Origin: Lama guanicoe | Lineage: Eukaryota | Length of the DNA: 36,435 nt | Reading direction: 5' to 3' | NCBI GenBank assembly: GCA_013239625.1 | Contig: MU053994.1 | Location: forward strand, 3,663,589 to 3,700,023 | Part shown: positions 22,720 through 34,053 of the stretch, piece by piece | Layout: each line of letters begins with the position of its first letter | Position numbering within the stretch: the first letter of the stretch is position 1 | Position numbers and translations under genes: made by a program | Notes under the pieces: generated by a model | Seen by the model: the letters and a program-made list of their open reading frames with translations, nothing else | What the model was told of the DNA's origin: nothing | Database searches by the model: none

Positions 22720-24243
22720 CCCCATTCCATGACCTCACACTTTCCTGCCGCTGTTCCACCTCACTCTTGCCTTTCATGGTCAAACTTCTAGAAAAAGTAC
22801 ATTCTCACTGCCATCATTTCTTCACTTCCTATACTCACAGCTCCCTCTCATCTGACTCTCACTACATTCACTGCAACAAAACAGTGCTTGTTAAGTCACC
22901 AGTGCCTTCCATGATGCTGGAGTTAGTGGCTATTCTCTTGTTTCATCTTACTTGAAGTCTCAGTTGTATTCAACCCTATCGGCCTCTAACCCTACTTCAG
23001 ATGCTCTCCTCTCTTGGGTTCTGTGACCCCACTTCTCTTAGATTTCCTCATCTCTCTGGCTACTCCTGTTCAGCCTTACTTTCTCGCTCATCCTGCTGTA
23101 CTTCCAGCACATGTTGGAGATTTTAGGCCTTTCTTTGTTTCTACTCTATGCTTTTTCCCTGATTGACCCCACTAGGTACTCATCACTTCTATTTTGATCT
23201 ATATGCTAGTGATCCCTAAATTTCTATCTCTAGCCTAGATACCCCTCTGCTGAGCAGCAGACCTATATAAATCCAGCTCGCTACTCGACACGTCCACTTG
23301 AATGTCTCAAAAGAAGGCCAAACTCAGCATTGAAAACTGAATTCATGATACTGTCCCTCCATATCATCAGTGGCACCACCAGCCAACCATTTATGCATTC
23401 CAGGAACTGGATAAACAGTCCTGACCACCCCCTTTCTCTTAATTCTCCCTATCAAATCCATTAACTTCTTATTGGTTTTACTTTCTAAAATATTTCTCCA
23501 GCCCATTAATTTCTTCACATTAGTCCAAGCTACCATACTGGCCATGATTATGAACTCAAGCTGAATCTGAATCCACTCTGCCCTCCACTTCTCTACATCT
23601 TCCACTCAGGAGCCAGCATGCAACTTTTTAGGCTTAAATAGCATAATGTTAGTATTCTCTTAAAAGACTTCAATGGTTTTCCTTTGCTTATAGAACAAAA
23701 GGTTCATCTGGCCTTGAAGATCCTACAAGGTCTGTCCATTACCATCATCTTCAGCTTTACCACTCGCCCCCTTCTCCCTTCTCTTTATGCTCTAGCCACT
23801 CAGGTCTTTCCTCTGACCCTCCTACTCCCCACACCCACTTCTCCAACAAGACTTCTGCAGCTGTAGATTGCCCAGAAAAATCCCTTTTCCCTCCTTCCTC
23901 TACCCAGTTGACTTCTACTCACGATCTGACTCTCAAATTAGATGCCACTTGCTCATGGAAGCCTTCTTTGACACCCTAACTTAGATAATACTAGAGCTTC
24001 CTTGGTATATGCCCCTCTAGCACCAGGTGCCTTTCCTTGAGAGCACTGTGCACAGCTTATAAGAACTCATCTATTACTATGATTCTTTGATTAAGGTTCA
24101 TCTACCACACTGGTCTGTAAGTCATATGAAGGCAGAAACAGTGTCAAGTTTTGCTCACTGTTGTCTTGCCAGAGTGCTTGGTAGTATCTGGAGAATGACA
24201 AGTGTTCAATAAATAAGTATTGAATAAGTATCTGAGTAAATGT
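22720..24243 (+). mobile_element. L2 LINE, ~1.5 kb 3' portion including terminal tail
   Basis: 'caaacttctagaaaaagt', 'cttgttaagtcaccagtgccttccatg', 'ccacttgaatgtctcaaa..gccaaactcagcat', 'tgtaagtcatatgaaggcagaaacagtgtc..ttttgctcactgttgtc', tail 'agtgttcaataaataagtattgaataa'. Confidence 0.88.
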
Positions 24244-24358
24244 GTTGAACCAACCTATATTGTACTGTGTCTCATGCCAGGGTATTGGAGAAGCCTAGGT
24301 GCACACAGTGGCTTTCCTGTCAGCAATGCCAGCTAAGTATGTTAATGAATATTCCAAC

Positions 24359-24707
24359 TAGAGATTGAAAACTGGGGATCCTAGGCTATATACAGCCTGG
24401 TAGAAATGTTTAGTTTGGCCTGCACAACTTTTGTGAGAAAAACTTGAACTATATGCAAACATTTCAAAACATGGAGATTTCATGTAAAAATCTGAATTTC
24501 TGTCTTTTCCTTATTCAGGAAGCTCTGGCATCAGTGGGCTCACATTTTCTTGAAGAAATAATCAACTGGAGTTGAATAGGGACTGCCCCATTTTGATGGG
24601 CACCAGCTCTTCAATTCACCATTGTTACCAACTAGCATCCCTTACTTAACTTAATTACCTGCCTGGCTTGTAAAAGCATATCCCTCGGTGAGTTTGCTAT
24701 TCTTGGT
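24359..24707 (+). mobile_element. MER102-like hAT-Charlie DNA transposon
   Basis: 'aaatgtttagtttggcctgcaca', 'ggagatttcatgtaaaaatctgaatttctg', 'ctggagttgaatagggactgcccc', 'ttacctgcctggc...tgagtttgctattcttg'. Confidence 0.75.
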
Positions 24708-24854
24708 CTTCACTTCCTTTATTAGAAATGGTTGGATCTAACCATTTGGATACCATGATAAAATCCCTGAAAATTGTTGCCATGAAAAAAAACCACACCA
24801 TCAATTTCTTTTCCTAATTCTTAGGAGGTTATCTTAAAAATGCAGACTACTTTC

Positions 24855-24935
24855 ATGTCACCCTTTCATTTTAGAGATGAAAGAGCTGAGCGCCAGAGTA
24901 GGTAATAACTTGCCTCAGTTCACAAAGCTAGTTCT
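24855..24935 (-). mobile_element. MIR core fragment
   Basis: 'cattttagagatgaaagagctgagcgccagagtaggtaataacttgcctcagttcacaaagctagt'. Confidence 0.75.
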
Positions 24936-25287
24936 TTGTCTCTTGGCTGGTGTGCTTAGAAATATCAACAAAAATATTTAGGCAAATGTATTCCTTTCTA
25001 GATTTGCCATTTTAATTTTTATATTCCTAAATCTAGAAGAACTAATTTAAACATAGTAATTGCTCTTCTGTCTCAATTTCATCTCATTAATTTTTCCTTG
25101 AATCATTTGGGAAACTTAGTGTCAGTTGTGTAGAAGTGGTGATGTAGTAGTAGTAACAGTAACGAAACCCAGTGTGTGAAAATGTGAATTAATAATAGTA
25201 GGCTAATAGTTTCCTCTTATAAGGGCTGCTGATTTCTTTTTGTTTCTTTCTTTGTTTTTCGAGCCTGTGAATTTTGATTCCAATTTT

Positions 25288-25804
25288 GTTTTTAGCTTTA
25301 AAAATTATGGTAAAATACACATATACAGTGATAAAACCTATTACCATAACTATAATGATTCTAAAGTGTACAGTTTAGCGGCATTAGGTGCATTCACAAT
25401 GCCCTGCAACTATCACCTCTATCTAATTTCAGAAAATTTTCATTACTCCAAATGGAAACCCTGTATCCATTAAGTAGTCGTTCCCTATTCCTGCAAACCC
25501 TCAGTCCCTGCCAACTACTAATCTGCTTTCTTATCTATGGATTTGCCTATTCTGGATGTTTCATATAAATGGAATCATACAATATATGACCTTTTGTATT
25601 TGGTTTCTTTCACTCAGTGTAATGTTTTCAAGGTTCATCCATGTTGTAGCATGTATCAGTACTTTATTGTTTTGTAGCTAAATGATATTCCATTGTATGG
25701 ATATACCACATTTTGTTTATCCATTCATCCACCGATGGATATTTGGATTGTTTCCAGCTTTTGGCTACTGTGAATAAGGCTGCTATGAACATTGGTGTAT
25801 ATGT
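25288..25804 (-). mobile_element. L1MB-like 3' end with degenerate TSD
   Basis: 'aagtgtacagtttagcggcattaggtgcattcacaatg', 'tctatggatttgcctattctggatgtttcatataaatggaatcatacaata'; possible TSD ttttgattccaatttt (25272-25287) and ttttcattccagtttt (25805-25820) followed by aaaa. Confidence 0.88.
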
Positions 25805-26187
25805 TTTTCATTCCAGTTTTAAAAGTTTGCATTTCAGGATCCATTTCTCATTTCTGAAATGCTGCTTGCGTGTTGTGAATGAAGTTAAGAAAGAAGTTGG
25901 CAGGTCAACTGGGTGTCAATTTCTATTGACTTCTCTTCTGCATCTCTGGGTCTGGCTTGAAATTGCAATTATATTCACAGGCTAGAAACAGCTCATTTTC
26001 AGTAGGCATCTACCTGGAAAACACTAGATGCTTTTAACAAATTACCAGAAAGAAATCAAACTAACCAAGTGATGTGGCCACTATTAGCTATAAAATGTTA
26101 TGGGGAAACTATGGATCTTATTCAGAAGTTAATATACAAAATAACAGATTAGTTCTGAGTCAAGGTACATCTGCTGAGCTTTTTACT

Positions 26188-26430
26188 TTCATTGAACAAC
26201 ACTCAACAAATATATTTTGAGTGCCGCTGAGCCTGTTCTATGCATGAATGGAGCTTCGAGTCTAGTGAGGAAATGTAGATATTTATTAAGTAAATACACA
26301 TCTGTAATCATAAGCAATCCTTGATGGAAATGTGCAAGGAGTAAAAGGGCTACCTATTCCCTCCTGGGGCCTGCCTGTGAGACAGCCTTGCTGAGGAAGT
26401 GACTTTAAAGCTGTGTAAGATGGGCAATCA
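26188..26430 (-). mobile_element. L2 fragment
   Basis: 'cactcaacaaatatattttgagtgcc', 'tggagcttcgagtctagtgagga', 'ctgaggaagtgactttaaagctg'. Confidence 0.65.
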
Positions 26431-26977
26431 CTTATTGAGTACGTAACCGTTACTGCCCTAAATGCTTTGGCTTCAAGGATTAGTAAGTGGCCTCTGCCCA
26501 GAAGAAGTTTTCCTTGAGACTGGTTAAGTACCCCTGCCAACTCACTCAGTATCAACCTCTTTGTCTGGATCCTATTCATTTTCCTGGGGGTTCTCGGCGG
26601 TCTCTCAGGGACAAGCTCAGGATAGGTGGAATAATTGTGACAGGAAAGTTTTCAAACTGTTTAACTCTGATTCAGGTCTAAGTTCTGATAGCCTCACTGA
26701 CAAAGATGAAGTAGTGAAATCAACAAAGAGGTGAATAGCTGATTTTAGCACTTTTTCTTGGGCAACTATCAGTCTAGTATGTTTCACAATTAACCCTCTA
26801 GCCTCCATACAGATGGAGCCCACACCCTTAACTCAGCAATCCACTTCTCAAAGTCAAGCCTAGGCTGATTGGGCAGTGTGTATAGTGCACATACAAATAA
26901 GTATGGGTCAGTGAGAGAAGTCTTGACCAGTGAAGACACCTTAGCTCTGTAATGAAGCCTCATGCTGTGCAGTACTC

Positions 26978-27016
26978 TGAGTAGAATAATGAGAAATGAC
27001 TAGAATAATGAGAAAT
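26978..27016. repeat. 19-bp tandem duplication
   Basis: tgagtagaataatgagaaa followed by tgactagaataatgagaaa (1 mismatch). Confidence 0.9.
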
Positions 27017-27319
27017 ATAGGCTATTTGGTCAATAATGAAATGGAGCCATTTAGAATGTCAGCTAATGCTAATCTGCATTGTCTGAAATATATCTGGGAT
27101 GAAATATACCATTCTCATAGAGTGGTGCCTTTCTTTGGATATCAGTTCCTAAATGATTTTTACATCTGTCAACATCTGCTCTGCATTTCAGATCTTGCCC
27201 CAGCTACTAAATTGTTACAGCTCCTTTCATAGGAATGTTATTATATGGGACAGAGTATTGCTGCCTTGTATTGTTGTATTATTTTGGACATTGGGATGCA
27301 TTTTTATTTTAGGAATGCA

Positions 27320-27997
27320 CTTTTATTATTTTTTATTTTTTTGAACTTTTTTTATTGATTTATAATCATTTTACAATGTTGTGTCAAATTCCAGCGTAGA
27401 GCACAATTTTTCAGTTATAAATGAACACATATATATTCATTGTCACATTTTTTTCTCTGTGAGCTACTGTAAGATCTTGTATATATTTCCCTGCACTATA
27501 CAGTATAATCTTGTTTATCTATTCTACAATTTTGAAATCCCAGTCTATCTCTTCCCATCCCCTGCCCCCTTGGCAACCAAAAGTTTGTATTCTATGCCTG
27601 TGAGTCTATTTCTGTGTTGTATTTATGCTTTGTTTGTTTGTTTGTTTGTTTTAGATTCCACATATGAGCGATCTCATATGGTATTTTTCTTTGTCTTTCT
27701 GGCTTACTTCACTTAGAATGACATTATCCAGGGACATCCATGTTGCTGCAAATGGCGTTATGTTCTCGGTTTTTATGGCTGAGTAGTATTCCATTGTATA
27801 ATCTTTTTTATCCAGTCATCTGTTGATGGACATTTAGTCTGTTTCCATGTCTTGGCTATTGTAAATAATGTTGCTATGAACATTGGGGTGTAGGTGTCAT
27901 CCTGAAGTAGGGTTCCTTCTGGATATATGCCCAGGAGTGGGATTCCTTGGTCATATGGTAAGTCTATTCCTAGTCTTTTGAGGAATCTCCATACTGT
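27320..27997 (-). mobile_element. Young camelid LINE-1 (L1-1_Vpa-like), 5'-truncated ~0.7 kb, with TSD
   Basis: Highly similar to 16631-17291; TSD ttttaggaatgca at 27307-27319 and 27998-28010. Confidence 0.95.
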
Positions 27998-28950
27998 TTT
28001 TAGGAATGCATTTTAGATTTCAGAAGGATGTCTTCTGTAATATTGATTCAAATGCAGTGCCAGATCACCTGATATAGGAAAATCTCAATTTAGAGGATGA
28101 AGAAATTTAAGTGATTATTTGATATATAAAAGGTCTCACAGTGAGACTTCTCTAACTGGTAAGTCCTCACGTGCATATTAAATATGATTAAGTTAATAGT
28201 GATGTGTCAAACTTTTCAAGAACCCCTTTACTGAGAATGAGGGTATTGAAATAAATTACCATATACATGCTCCCATTATAGAAAGAGATTGTAATTCTAG
28301 CAAAAGGCTTGCTGATTATTGGAATGAGAGCCTCCAAAGAAGTGAGATATTGTATGTGGAAGGGCTTAGCAGACCTCTTGCAAAGAGCAGAGAGTAGGGA
28401 AGCGAGGGTGAAAGCAGAGAGAGGATAAAAACAGCAATGTGAGGGGTGAGTGTGACTGAGAGCCAAGTGATATTACCTTTGTCATTGGTCAGTTGCCTGG
28501 AGATCTGGGGGCCCCACAAGCTGGGATCCTGAGAAAAGCCATTCTCTGGGTCCTATGCCTATTAAAGCTTCTATTTTAGACTAGATAGTTCTAGCAAAAC
28601 CCCTGTGGCCTCATCCTGCTTGGAGATGATTGGAGCTTTTTTAACAAAGGCAAAGACTATCTTCTGCCATGGGAAGTAGTGAGGAGCAAAAAGAAACCAG
28701 AAAGAGCACACATCTTGTTCAAAAAGGCATTAGAGAAACAAAATCTGTACAGAGAAAGCAAGTGAATAACAAAATTAAAACAGACAAACCAATAAAAACA
28801 AAAACACCGCATATGAAGAAAAACTGGAAGGACATAACAGAGGTGATCATTATTATGGTGATAGAATTTGGGATATTATTTTTTCCAAAGTTTTATGTGA
28901 TTATATTGTAAGGTTTTCATTTTAAGAGAAAGTAAGGTAATTCCAGTAGA

Positions 28951-28970
28951 GTGTGTGTGTGTGTGTGTGT
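28951..28970. repeat. (GT)10 microsatellite
   Basis: gtgtgtgtgtgtgtgtgtgt. Confidence 0.95.
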
Positions 28971-28974
28971 ACTT

Positions 28975-29071
28975 GTAGTCAGTGATTCTGAGTTCAGTCT
29001 CAGTTCTATTACAACTACTTATAGAATTTGGGGCTAGTTATTTAACCCTCACTGTCATGGCTTCTTCACGT
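28975..29071 (+). mobile_element. MIR, left part (resumes ~29537-29608 after the LTR)
   Basis: 'tctgagttcagtctcagttctattacaact...ttggggctagttatttaaccctcactgtcatggcttcttca' then 'tgtaaaagaggattgttggac'. Confidence 0.65.
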
Positions 29072-29536
29072 TGAAAACTGAAACCAACATAAGTTCCTGT
29101 ACCCATGTTTAACAATACTGGGACTGGGCATACTTTCTTGTCCTCGTGTCATAAAATACTGAGAACAAGCAAAAATAACTTAAGCTACTTGCTCTAGGAA
29201 ATCATAGTTCCTAGAAGCTATGATTGTTAATAAAAATAACTTACTTATGAAGATTACCAGCTGACTCATAAAGACGTGTCCAAAATCCTTCTTTTGCTGT
29301 GTCCACTAAGCCAAAGCTATTATGCCATAAATCTGGCCCAATCTGAACCAGCCTCCCACCCTGCAAAACCCGCCTTAAAATCACCCAGCTAAGGCCCTAA
29401 AACACTATAAAGATCCCCTACAACTTCTGAGACACTATTAAAACAGTCAGAATGGTGTTCTTCCTTATTGAAGTGAGTCTGATAAACTGCTTTACTTGAT
29501 AACAGGGTTTTCTGGGAGTTTTTCAAAGACTTGACA
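29072..29536 (+). mobile_element. ERV1-class solo LTR (MER90/MER110-like), TG...CA termini
   Basis: Starts tgaaaactgaaaccaac and ends ttgaca; TATA-like tataaa at 29406-29411; degenerate poly(A) signal gataaa near 29481; interrupts a MIR core. Confidence 0.7.
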
Positions 29537-29781
29537 ATATGTAAAAGAGGATTGTTGGACACTATACTCTTGGAAATTCCTTTTATCTCTCACTTTCTTA
29601 GATTCATGCTGGTGACATTTTCTTTTCCTTGGCTCTATTTCATCCTTGGATTCGGCCACTTCTACCCATTTTTTTCAAGTTTTACTTTTTTCTTTTACCC
29701 TCTTTAACTTGAAAGTGCAATCTAAGCTGGACATTTCAGAGGAACCATCACTGGCAGGTTTTACCTGCAATTAAGTAACTG

Positions 29782-29910
29782 AGAGAGTGATGGTGGTGAC
29801 AGTTGTACAATGTGAATATACTTAATGCCACAGAACTTTTCCTTTAAAAATGGCTCAAATGATAAATTTTATGTTGTGTATATTTTATCACAATAGGAAA
29901 CAAGAAAAAG
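29782..29910 (+). mobile_element. L1MB-type extreme 3' end fragment
   Basis: 'gatggtggtgacagttgtacaatgtgaatatacttaatgccacagaac...aaattttatgttgtgtatattttatcacaat'. Confidence 0.8.
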
Positions 29911-30350
29911 AAGCTTAAGTCAACTCCCTACTTGCAATCTTTGCACAGGCACCATAGGATCCCAGGAAAGGGCTGCAGGAAACTCCTCCTCCTTCTAAAT
30001 TAAATGTACCAGGTCCAGTGCCTGTTCCCTCAGTGCATCTGGCCTTTCTTCTCCTTCTCCTGCTACAGGGTAGAGTAGGACAGGCAACTCTTTCCTTCTT
30101 ATTTAAAGGAACTGGATTTCAAACCTACTAATATAAGGACAGAATGGGTAAATACCCAGAACCTGGTTCAGGAATGCTTTGTTTCAGTATCTTCCTCTAT
30201 TCTGACCCCATTCCTGCACTAGTAGATCAATGATGTGATGACAGGAGGGGTAATGACAGAACCTACCAGGATATATGAATACACAGGTTATTTTATGTAA
30301 ATATAAACCCAACAAATCTGGGTTTTCTAATTCTCATCATAAGACCCTTC

Positions 30351-31345
30351 TGGGATCAGCCACATAATTTGTGGGCCCAGTGCAAAATGAAAATTCCCTT
30401 GTTCAGAAAGCAGGGAAAAGTACTGTTAAAGCTAAAATACAAACAAAGCTTTTCCCTTTTTTCCATGGTTTCTATTTTGACTTTCATGATGGTTTTTATC
30501 TGCTATTTAATGTCATTCTAAATAAAGAAAAATTAAAAATGTAAATTATTAGCATGAATTTTACCATTCATATTTTTATTGCACAATGACAATTTAAAAT
30601 GCAAACTTAAGAGCATTTAACTGATATGTGGAATCATCAAATGACACAATTTGTATTTTGTAGTTTGTACATATATGTGTATTCCATTCTTATCAGAATG
30701 GCAGAAATGCAGCACAAAAGGAACACAACCATTTTTACTTTGCTTCTTGATGCACATGCATTCTACTAACACTCTCGACCTTTGGCTCACCTGATGAGTA
30801 AGGAAGGCCTGAAAGAAAAGGAAGAGGGTTTTGCCCTATCTTCCCCTTTCTTTTTATGTTATGTTCTCTTTAAGTGGTTGGCTAATACAGAGAAATAACA
30901 TGAGTGAGAAAGGATATGATAGGTTCCTTGGTCATTTCTGTTTCTTAGAATGTCATTGCTTTCTTTCTGTGCTCAAAGCAAGTTCTGGTTTATATGGACA
31001 ACACATCTCTGGACTGTCAGCAACCTCACTTACTCAGCTGTAGACGTCACACACTTGCCTTATATTTGCTTTGAGTCATGTATCCATTGGAATTCTGTGC
31101 TCATGGGAGCATCACAAAAGCTAAACATGAATGGGTTGGCAAGAAACAGTGGACATGCATACTGCCTCAGCTCACACACATACTCTATTGTTCCACTGGA
31201 CTTCATTTATGAAACATAATTTTAAAGACAAAATTATTTAGAATTTCAAGATGGCTACAGCAGACATTAAACCAACCTCCAGGGTCCTTCTGAACATGGG
31301 GCCTTGTGGGACTACACATTGTGCATGTTCATGATGTGGGCCCTG
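30351..31345. mobile_element. MER45-family (MER45B-like) hAT-Tip100 DNA transposon, apparently full length
   Basis: Left end 'agccacataatttgtgggcccagtgcaaaatgaaaat'; right end 'ggggccttgtgggactacaca...catgatgtgggccctg'; 8-bp TSD-like gacccttc (30343-30350) and gacccatg (31346-31353). Confidence 0.85.
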
Positions 31346-31967
31346 GACCCATGATGGCATGACATCATGTCCCCCCAAAATACTAACCTGCCTCCAAAAA
31401 ATCTGTGAAAATCAACTTTGTTTTCACTGATATTTTCTTGAGACTACTAAAGAGAGGGTGTCAAAGCACATTACCAAGTAAAACTTCCCCCAAATCCTTT
31501 TTAAGTTTCTCTCTCATCAAATTTCTCCTGTTCCAGGCAGCTGCCATGTTGGCAGGCTCAGGCCCCTGGAATGCCAGGCTCATCCAGGATGAATGAGGGA
31601 GGGGATGGATTTATGGCTGGGCCCCTAACTGGCCACAAGCAATTGCTTCCCTAAGGAAGCCAGGTGCCTAGGGAGAACTAGTAGGGGCGGACTGATAAAT
31701 ATACTTCCTCTTATTTCATCAGAATGTTCAACGCATTGCTCTTTTAATAAACATATAAGGCAACTGAATTTATGTTTGTGAATTTTGAATATCAAGATAG
31801 GGTTGAAGGGAAAACATAAGTCATCAAATCATCTCGGCATGGCGCACATGGAAGTTGATCAGTGGCCCCAAGGTGAGTGGTCTACTGGAATTTGAATCCA
31901 ATTCTCTGCCTCTAAGGTGGGGCTCTTTCTGCTTGATTATGCTGGTCTCCATAAAAGGGAAGAAGGC

Positions 31968-32255
31968 AACTATTGAGCAGTTACTGTGTCCCCAAATGTG
32001 TAAGCTACTTTATGGAATAACTATGTGATAGAGGTATTACTATTTCCCATTTTCCTGATAGGGGACTAAGGCTCAGTGAGGCTTAGTACTTTGCCCAAGG
32101 TCACAGAGCAAGCAAGTGACAAGGCCAGAACCTTGTAACTCCAGGCTCATTTCTGAGTCCGAAATTCATGATGTCTCCCCAGTTAGCACAGGGCTAGAGG
32201 AGAACTCAGGCTTCCAACTTCCCTTTCATTGATCTTTCCAGAATACCAGGCTGCT
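31968..32255 (-). mobile_element. MIR SINE plus adjacent MIR fragment
   Basis: 'tattactatttcccattttcctgataggggactaaggctcagtgaggcttagtactttgcccaaggtcacagagc'. Confidence 0.82.
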
Positions 32256-32296
32256 CCCATCATTAAACCCTCATTGGTTGATTGATTCATTGAAAA

Positions 32297-32620
32297 AAAC
32301 TGCAATAATCAAAACAGTATGGTACTGGCACAAAAACAGACACATAGATCAATGGATCAGGATGGAGAGCCCAGAAATAAACCCCACACACTTATGGTCA
32401 GTTAATCTATGACAAAGGAAGCAAGAATATACAAAGCAGAAAAGACAGTCTTGTCAATAAGTGATGCTGGGAAAACTGGACAGCTGCATGTAAAAGAATG
32501 AAATTAGAACATTCTCTAACACCTTATACAAAAATAAACTCAAAATGGATTAAAGACCTAAATGTAAGACCAGATACTATAAAACTTCTAGAGGAAAAAT
32601 ATAGACTGAACACTGTTTGA
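32297..32620 (+). mobile_element. Isolated internal L1 ORF2 fragment (no 3'UTR or poly-A)
   Basis: Translates, with a frameshift and stops, to [17 protein letters not shown]...YGQLIYDKG...CWENW...[26 protein letters not shown], the post-RT region of ORF2p. Confidence 0.9.
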
Positions 32621-33584
32621 TTAATTGATTGATAGACTCAAGGGCTGTTCTCTACTTGTCCAGGGGCACAGGACTTGATGTGGAAGAAGGAAAAACAATT
32701 CCACCAGTTGCCTCTTTGATTCAGTTTCTGAAAACCAACGCTCCTCCCCAGCCTCTGTTAACTTTTCCCCACTTTGGTCCTCCCCAAAACATTTGCTGGG
32801 GCTGGTGGGGCATGGTTGAGGGGGTAGGGAGAGTCAGGAATGAGGAAAGTTCTTTTTCTGCAGTTCTTTTTCTTTTTGTCCTGCCCCAAGCTCTGCTGGG
32901 ATATTTCTTCAAACATGTTCAATGACCTGTCACCACAAGAATTTCCTGAATTAGTTCAGTGGAAATAGTCTGAACTTACATGGGATTTTAATTTCAGCTG
33001 CTGACACTTAACGCAAATAGGTAAAAATTTCAGGGCATGTAGCCAAAAGCTATCAGAAAACTTCTGGAGCAAAAATCAGTTAAGATGCTTTCTTCAGAAT
33101 AAATTGTGAAATAAAAACATAGCAGTATCACTTCTAGTTTCCAAGTATAACTTATACTTAATGTATAATGGTCCACAACCTTTTTGTGGCGGTCTACTTT
33201 TATTTATTCATCCCTGGAGGAATGAATGAGGTGAGGGTGAGGAAGGAGAGAGAAGATAACTCTGCTGAAGCACCAATAAAATCTGTGAGGTGAAAGCATT
33301 CCTGGGCCTCAGTCTCTGGGATTTGTTTGAGCATTTTGGATTTTGCATTGATGGGTGACTCCCAATTAACTAGAGTGGGAAGTCTGTCCCAAATACCATC
33401 ACCCTGGAGGAGAAGGTGGGCATGGTGGGAGGGCCAATGGAGAGAGAGAAAATCCATCCCTAGGGTCCTCCTTCAGATTGCTGGGGCTCTAAAGGAGAAT
33501 GGCAGGTGGGAGCCCCTGAGTAGAGTGAGAAGGGGATGGTGTCTCAAGTTCTTCATTTTTATGCATCCCTGGGGGACCATACTA

Positions 33585-34053
33585 GGCTGTCTGCATTCCT
33601 GGATAAAGCCAGTGGCCTGTGGCTTTCAAATGTAAGCACCTGTCCGTTTTGCCAACAGGTTTTCTCCAGCTGTAAGCACCTGCCTGATCTGCACCAGAAG
33701 CCAGCCAGAAATGCCAGAGAGTTAATTCCCCCATGCTTCATCTCCTCCCATCATTCCTCCACAATGACTGACGTGAGCTGGTAGATAACACCTCAGCTTC
33801 CTAGCCCCTTGGATGGGAAAACTCCAGGGTGTGTTCTATCCCATCTCCCAGAGTTCCCTAGTAGGATTGAGCTCCATTTGCCCACAGCCACGGCTCTAAC
33901 CAGCTTGATAACATGTCTATTACTGGCTGCCTTCCTTTCTCATCTCCTTTCCCCCTCCCCTACTGCTGCCTTTTAGATCACTTCCCAAATAAAAGACTTG
34001 TACTTGAAGTCTTGTCCTCAGGATTGGATTCTGAGGGAGCCAAGGATAAGACA
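33585..34053 (+). mobile_element. ERVL solo LTR, LTR16-family
   Basis: 'aatgactgacgtgagctggtagataacacctcagcttcc', 'ggattgagctccatttgcccacag', 'gatcacttcccaaataaaagacttgtacttgaagtcttgtcctcagg...taagaca'; reverse-complement homologue of 9936-10580. Confidence 0.8.

Noticed and set aside
16670..27716. Two near-identical ORFs starting MSNSSVEHNFSVI (16670..16936 and 27381..27716) that look like paralogous genes
   Set aside because: They are the antisense reading of the same L1 3'UTR in two copies of the element.
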